DNA of 64,000 nucleotides from an uncultured Verrucomicrobiae bacterium (lineage in GTDB: Bacteria > Verrucomicrobiota > Verrucomicrobiia > Chthoniobacterales > UBA10450): NCBI GenBank assembly GCA_963801815.1, contig CAWDGJ010000002.1, positions 160,001 to 224,000 on the forward strand, read 5' to 3'. This document shows positions 59,714 to 64,000 of this stretch, one piece after another. The notes under the pieces were generated by a model that saw only the letters and a program-made list of their open reading frames with translations, ran no database searches and was not told the origin of the DNA. Position 1 is the stretch's first letter. Every line of letters starts with the position of its first letter. The position numbers and the translations under genes are program-made.

Positions 59714-61108
59714 TTGCTCGAATTGATCGAGTTGCTGAAAAGACGTTCATCGGCAAAGAAAGGTCTGCGGCACAAGGCGATCGGCGAGTACCACGATCTG
59801 CTCAAGAAAGATCAGACGTTGTCGGCCGCCGCTTTCAAAACGCTGCGCGATAACATGCGCGCCCGTCGTTTGCTCTACGGGGATCGGCCGATCGGCGTTG
59901 CCCTTAGACCCCACTTTCTTGAAGCACAGCAATTCGCTTCGCTCACAAAAATCGCAGAAACGGTCGCCAGCTCACTCGAGAAAGTTGCCGCAGCCGTTTT
60001 GCAATCGCCGGACTTGATGACGCAACTTGGGCTGACTGATCTCGAGCGCAAACTCGCGCTGGTCGATCCCGGATTCCGTGCCGCCACTGTAAATGCGCGC
60101 GTGGACGGGTTCGTTCACGGCGAGCAAATCCGCTTTGTCGAATACAACGCCGAGAACCCATCGAGTTTGTCGGACCAGGAAGGATTGAACCGGCTTTTGT
60201 TGGAAATTCCGGCGATGAGCACGTTCGCAAAGCGACACCGGCTGCGGCAATTCTCCGTGGTCGAGAAATTATGTGAGACGTTGCTCGACGTCTATCGGGA
60301 ATGGGGCGGGACCGGCGTTCCGAACATTGCCATTCTCGACTGGGAAAATCTGCCGACCAAGCACGAGTTCATCCTGCTTCGAGATGAATTCGCCGCCCAC
60401 GGCATAAACGCGGTCATCTGTTCGCCGGACGAACTCGAATACGCAGATCGCAAACTTCGATGCGGCGATTTTAGGATCGACATCGTTTACAAACGGATTC
60501 TTGTGCACGAGTTTCTCGCTCGTTATGACGAGCAGCACCCACTGGTGCGGGCCTATCTGAATCATGACGTTTGCCTGATCAACCCGTTTCGCTGCAAAAT
60601 CCTGCACAAGAAAGCGAGCTTCGAGATGTTGACCGACGAAGCGCACCAAAATTGGTTTAACAACACCGAGCTGGAAGCAATCCGACGTTCAGTGCCGTGG
60701 ACACGACGGGTCTCGGAACGCCGAACGACACGCCACGGCGTCGAAATCGATCTGTTGAAATTTGTTTCCGCGAATCGCGCGTCGCTCGTGCTTAAACCGA
60801 ATGACGACTATGGCGGCCGCGGAGTTTCTATCGGGCCGCGTTTAACCCAGGCGGAATGGGAAAACGCGATCGCGACCGCGCTCGCAAGCGATTACATCGT
60901 CCAAGACGCGATCGATTTGCAGCCCGAGGAGTTTCCAATTTTTAACGAAACCGACTGGAAATTGCAGCCGATGTTCGTCGACACCAATCCATTTCTGTTT
61001 CGCGGCAAAGTCTGCGGCGCGATGGTACGGTTATCGAATTCACCCATTGTTAACGTGACGTCCGGTGGAGGCGAGACAGGATTCTTCGTGATCGACGACG
61101 ACGAGTAA
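59714..61108 (+). CDS. Circularly permuted (type 2) ATP-grasp peptide ligase-like protein
   Basis: RVDG..FVEYNAENP, IVYKR, HKKA, LVLKPNDDYGGRGV, YIVQ, NVTSGGG; start approximate. Confidence 0.8.
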   Translation: MLELIELLKRRSSAKKGLRHKAIGEYHDLLKKDQTLSAAAFKTLRDNMRARRLLYGDRPIGVALRPHFLEAQQFASLTKIAETVASSLEKVAAAVLQSPDLMTQLGLTDLERKLALVDPGFRAATVNARVDGFVHGEQIRFVEYNAENPSSLSDQEGLNRLLLEIPAMSTFAKRHRLRQFSVVEKLCETLLDVYREWGGTGVPNIAILDWENLPTKHEFILLRDEFAAHGINAVICSPDELEYADRKLRCGDFRIDIVYKRILVHEFLARYDEQHPLVRAYLNHDVCLINPFRCKILHKKASFEMLTDEAHQNWFNNTELEAIRRSVPWTRRVSERRTTRHGVEIDLLKFVSANRASLVLKPNDDYGGRGVSIGPRLTQAEWENAIATALASDYIVQDAIDLQPEEFPIFNETDWKLQPMFVDTNPFLFRGKVCGAMVRLSNSPIVNVTSGGGETGFFVIDDDE

Positions 61109-61111
61109 CTT

Positions 61112-62399
61112 ATGGCGGAAGAAACAAGCCCACCGGAAGAACGCCGCCTGTTTGCGCGGATCGCGAATTTCTTCGGGCTCAAACGCAATCTCGTCATTCT
61201 CCTCCTGGCGATCTTCGTCATCGGCACCGGCGAAGAACTCTGGATGCGGTTCATCCCGAAGTATCTCAAGGAACTTGGCGCCGCGGTTTTGGTGATCGGA
61301 CTTTACGACGCGATCCGAACATTGCTCGGCGCGGTTTACGCCTATCCCGGCGGCGTGATTGTCGATCGTTGGGGACATCGACGCGCGTTTCTCGCGTTTA
61401 ACATCGTCTCCATAATCGGTTACGCGCTCGTGCTTTTGATTCCGCATTGGAGTGCGGTCATCGTCGGAATGTTTCTGTTCCTTTCCTGGAGCTGCTTTTC
61501 GTTGCCGGCGACTTTCTCGCTGGTCGCGGCCGCGCTCGAAGCGAACCGCCACTCGATGGGCATCGGTGTACAATCCGTGATCAAGCGGCTGCCGATTATG
61601 ATTGCGCCGTTTTTCGGGGGAATGTTGATCGATCGGTTCGGCGTGATCAACGGAGTGCGGATTGCGCTCGCGATTTCGATCGTCTTTTCCGCGGCTACGA
61701 TTGTCCTGCAACGCCAGCTGCAGGAAATTCCAAAACCCGAAGCCGCACCGGACGAGAGCTGGAGTTTTTGGCGAAGCTTGCGCGAGTTCAATCGTCCGAT
61801 GCGTCGCCTGTTGCTGAGCGACATCCTGGTCCGTTTCTGCGAACGGATTCCCTATGCGTGGGTGGTGATTTTTGCGATGGATTACATTGGTGTGAGCGCG
61901 AAGCAGGTTGGCATTCTCACCGCCGTGGAAATGCTGGCCGCGATGTTGTGCATCATTCCCGCATCGCACTATGCCGACCGCTACGGCCGCGAACCGTTCG
62001 TGATCGTGACGTTCATCATGTTCACTCTGTTTCCGATCGGCCTCATCGTCGCTCGCTCATATCCGACTTACAGTCTGGGCCTGCTCGTTGTGGCTTTTAT
62101 GATCCGGGGCCTTAAGGAATTCGGCGACACCCCACGCAAAGCGCTCATCATCGGCTACTGCGATCCGCTCCGGTGTGGGCAAATGGTCGGCGCGTACCTA
62201 TTCAGTACGGGATCTGATCGTCAGCTTCGGGGCGATCGTTGGCGCTTATCTTTGGGCGCTCGGCGCTGAGCTCAACTTCCTCGTCGCTACGGCGCTCGGC
62301 ATCGCGGGCACAATTTTCTACATCAAAACCATTCGCGAGCAGCGGCTGGACGAATTGGCAGACATGAAAGAAGAAATCTCGCGCCGCCGTTTCCGATAA
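61112..62399 (+). CDS. MFS transporter, frameshift near 62197
   Basis: DRWGHRR and ADRYGR motif-A repeats; removing one C at gcgtacctattca gives AYYSVRDLIVSFG, joining ORF 62175. Confidence 0.88.
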
Positions 62400-62551
62400 A
62401 ATCGAGATATATCGTCTGTCCTTCCAGCCTCGGGCCTCCGAAACGGAGACGCGCTCATCCGATCACCACGAATTTCGAGACAGGAGTCAATAAACTCTGA
62501 CTAAGAGCAAACTCGCCGGCAACTTGATTGCATCCCGAGATCTCGGCATTT

Positions 62552-64000
62552 CTATTTTGAATTAGTCGCCGGCACGTCGCTTGGGTCGCCCAGATATTCC
62601 CAGCGCTGGAGCGAGATCGGAACGTTGCCGTTTTTCCAGACGAAATCGTGGAACGCACGAAGGTTGAATTGTTCGCCTTGTTTCATTCGCGCTTCGGCGA
62701 GGAACTTTATAATCTGAAGCTTGCCGATCTGGTAATCGATCGCCTGTCCAGGACCGGTTGAGAACGCGATCGCTTCCTGCCGTGCTGTCCCCTCGTCCAT
62801 TGGAACTTTCTCCTGCAAATATTTTGCCGCCTGCTCGAGGGTGAACTGGCCAAGCGCGAGCCTAACGTCCACTTCCACGCGGAGCGCGCGAAGCCGCATG
62901 AAATTGTAAATGATCTCGCGGGTGTGCGGGCTGTCGTCAAACAATCCAGCCTGCAACATCATTTCCTCGGCGTAAAAGCCGAGTCCTTCGTTCGGGCCGG
63001 AATCATAATAATGCCGGCGAATCGGGTCTTCGTGTTTCCAGGAAAGGCAAAGCTGGAAATAGTGGCCCGGAATTCCTTCGTGCACGCAAATCGGACGCGA
63101 GTCCATGGCGGTGGCGCGCCAGAAATAACCGAGTTTGTCCGACGGTTCGGGCACGTAGCGAATGCAGTTCTCTTTCAAACGCGACGGCGATGTGAAATCG
63201 TCGGTTTCGCTGAATCCGAGAGCGCGCAAGTAATCAGGCGTCCGCCTCAGGGTGTAATGCTGAATCCAATCTGGGACGCTCACGATCCCGCGGTCTTCGA
63301 GAAATTTCCGAACCTGTAGCTCTTTCGTGGCGGCGTCGGCGATCCAGCTGTCGATATTGTCCGCGATTTTCAGCGGCGGCACGTCTTTGTTCCGGTTTCT
63401 CTCATACGTTTCGAACGCCACCGCGCGGTTCCATTCCTGCCGACCCATCGCGAGAATTTCTTCCGGCGTAAACAGCATCAGCGCGACATTGCGCAAAAAC
63501 CAAATGTATGAGTCGCGACCGAGAGCAGTTTGCTGCGGCAACGATGGCAACCTTTTCTGGAGATCGGCCCGAAATTTTTCCAGCGCGTCCGCCGCGCGAT
63601 CAACCGCGCCGTTCAACTCGTCGGGTCTGAGGGTTGTCGATGGTTGCAATGCCGCCGCCATTTTCCGCAGCCGGTCGCGAATTCCATCCAAGGCTTGGAT
63701 CGTTACGCTCGCAAACGGCGCCGGCGGTTTCTCGAGATTGGCTTCGCCCGCTTGCAGGATCGACGGAATATTTTCGAGCCGTGTGAGAATTTCTTTGCTG
63801 CGCGAATCATCATAAGGCGCGGGCACAGTCAGCGCTTCGGTAAGCGCAGTAAGGGTTTGGCTGATGTAAAATAGCGGATCGCGTTTCCAGCCTGGATTTA
63901 TTTCGAGCTCCCAGCGCACGCGCGACAACGCGGAGCAGATCAATCTGTAATCGACCTGTTTCGGAACCGGCCAACTTTTGGCGTCGATCCGCTTCCAGCG
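62552..64000 (-). CDS. DUF885 family protein (5' end outside window)
   Basis: HEGIPGHYFQ, NEGLGFYAE, RALRVEVD, PGQAIDYQIG, FNLRAFHD; frame open to the window edge. Confidence 0.9.
   Translation of the reverse strand, partial: RWKRIDAKSWPVPKQVDYRLICSALSRVRWELEINPGWKRDPLFYISQTLTALTEALTVPAPYDDSRSKEILTRLENIPSILQAGEANLEKPPAPFASVTIQALDGIRDRLRKMAAALQPSTTLRPDELNGAVDRAADALEKFRADLQKRLPSLPQQTALGRDSYIWFLRNVALMLFTPEEILAMGRQEWNRAVAFETYERNRNKDVPPLKIADNIDSWIADAATKELQVRKFLEDRGIVSVPDWIQHYTLRRTPDYLRALGFSETDDFTSPSRLKENCIRYVPEPSDKLGYFWRATAMDSRPICVHEGIPGHYFQLCLSWKHEDPIRRHYYDSGPNEGLGFYAEEMMLQAGLFDDSPHTREIIYNFMRLRALRVEVDVRLALGQFTLEQAAKYLQEKVPMDEGTARQEAIAFSTGPGQAIDYQIGKLQIIKFLAEARMKQGEQFNLRAFHDFVWKNGNVPISLQRWEYLGDPSDVPATNSK

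Noticed and set aside
1..64000. CRISPR array, prophage or defence island
   Set aside because: No regularly spaced direct repeats with spacers, and no cas, phage structural or recognisable defence genes.

Overview
Bacterial chromosome segment, roughly 55-58% GC by eye and gene-dense. It is probably from a soil Verrucomicrobiota (Chthoniobacterales-like) genome. That assignment is an inference from the cyclase/TolB/TPR proteins, the ADOP permease, the 'GKEMKQVAPAP' porin paralogs and Dop/ARC in a diderm. Contents: (i) a 7.5-kb co-oriented metal uptake/efflux cluster; (ii) housekeeping genes (lysS, nnr, uvrB, holA, aroB, ymdB-like, infC, glgP, tRNA-Asp); (iii) a Pup/UBact-type arc-dop pair interrupted by a REP-flanked RAYT transposase; (iv) a DUF2946-like CxxC/RAPP leader upstream of a Cys-rich outer-membrane protein; (v) three Omp25/Omp31-like porin paralogs around a vitamin-K-dependent carboxylase (HTTM) homolog; (vi) at least five families of small palindromic repeats. 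The strongest hidden signal is at 56091-56780. Two ORFs listed separately are in the same frame, joined by one TGA at the position of the second catalytic Cys of MerB. Twelve nt after the TGA is a perfect hairpin with a GGUC loop (SECIS-like). This points to a selenocysteine-containing organomercurial-lyase-like protein with no mer operon in the window. Many single-base frameshifts, including one in lysS, suggest uncorrected long-read errors. All product calls come from motif recognition; no database search was run.
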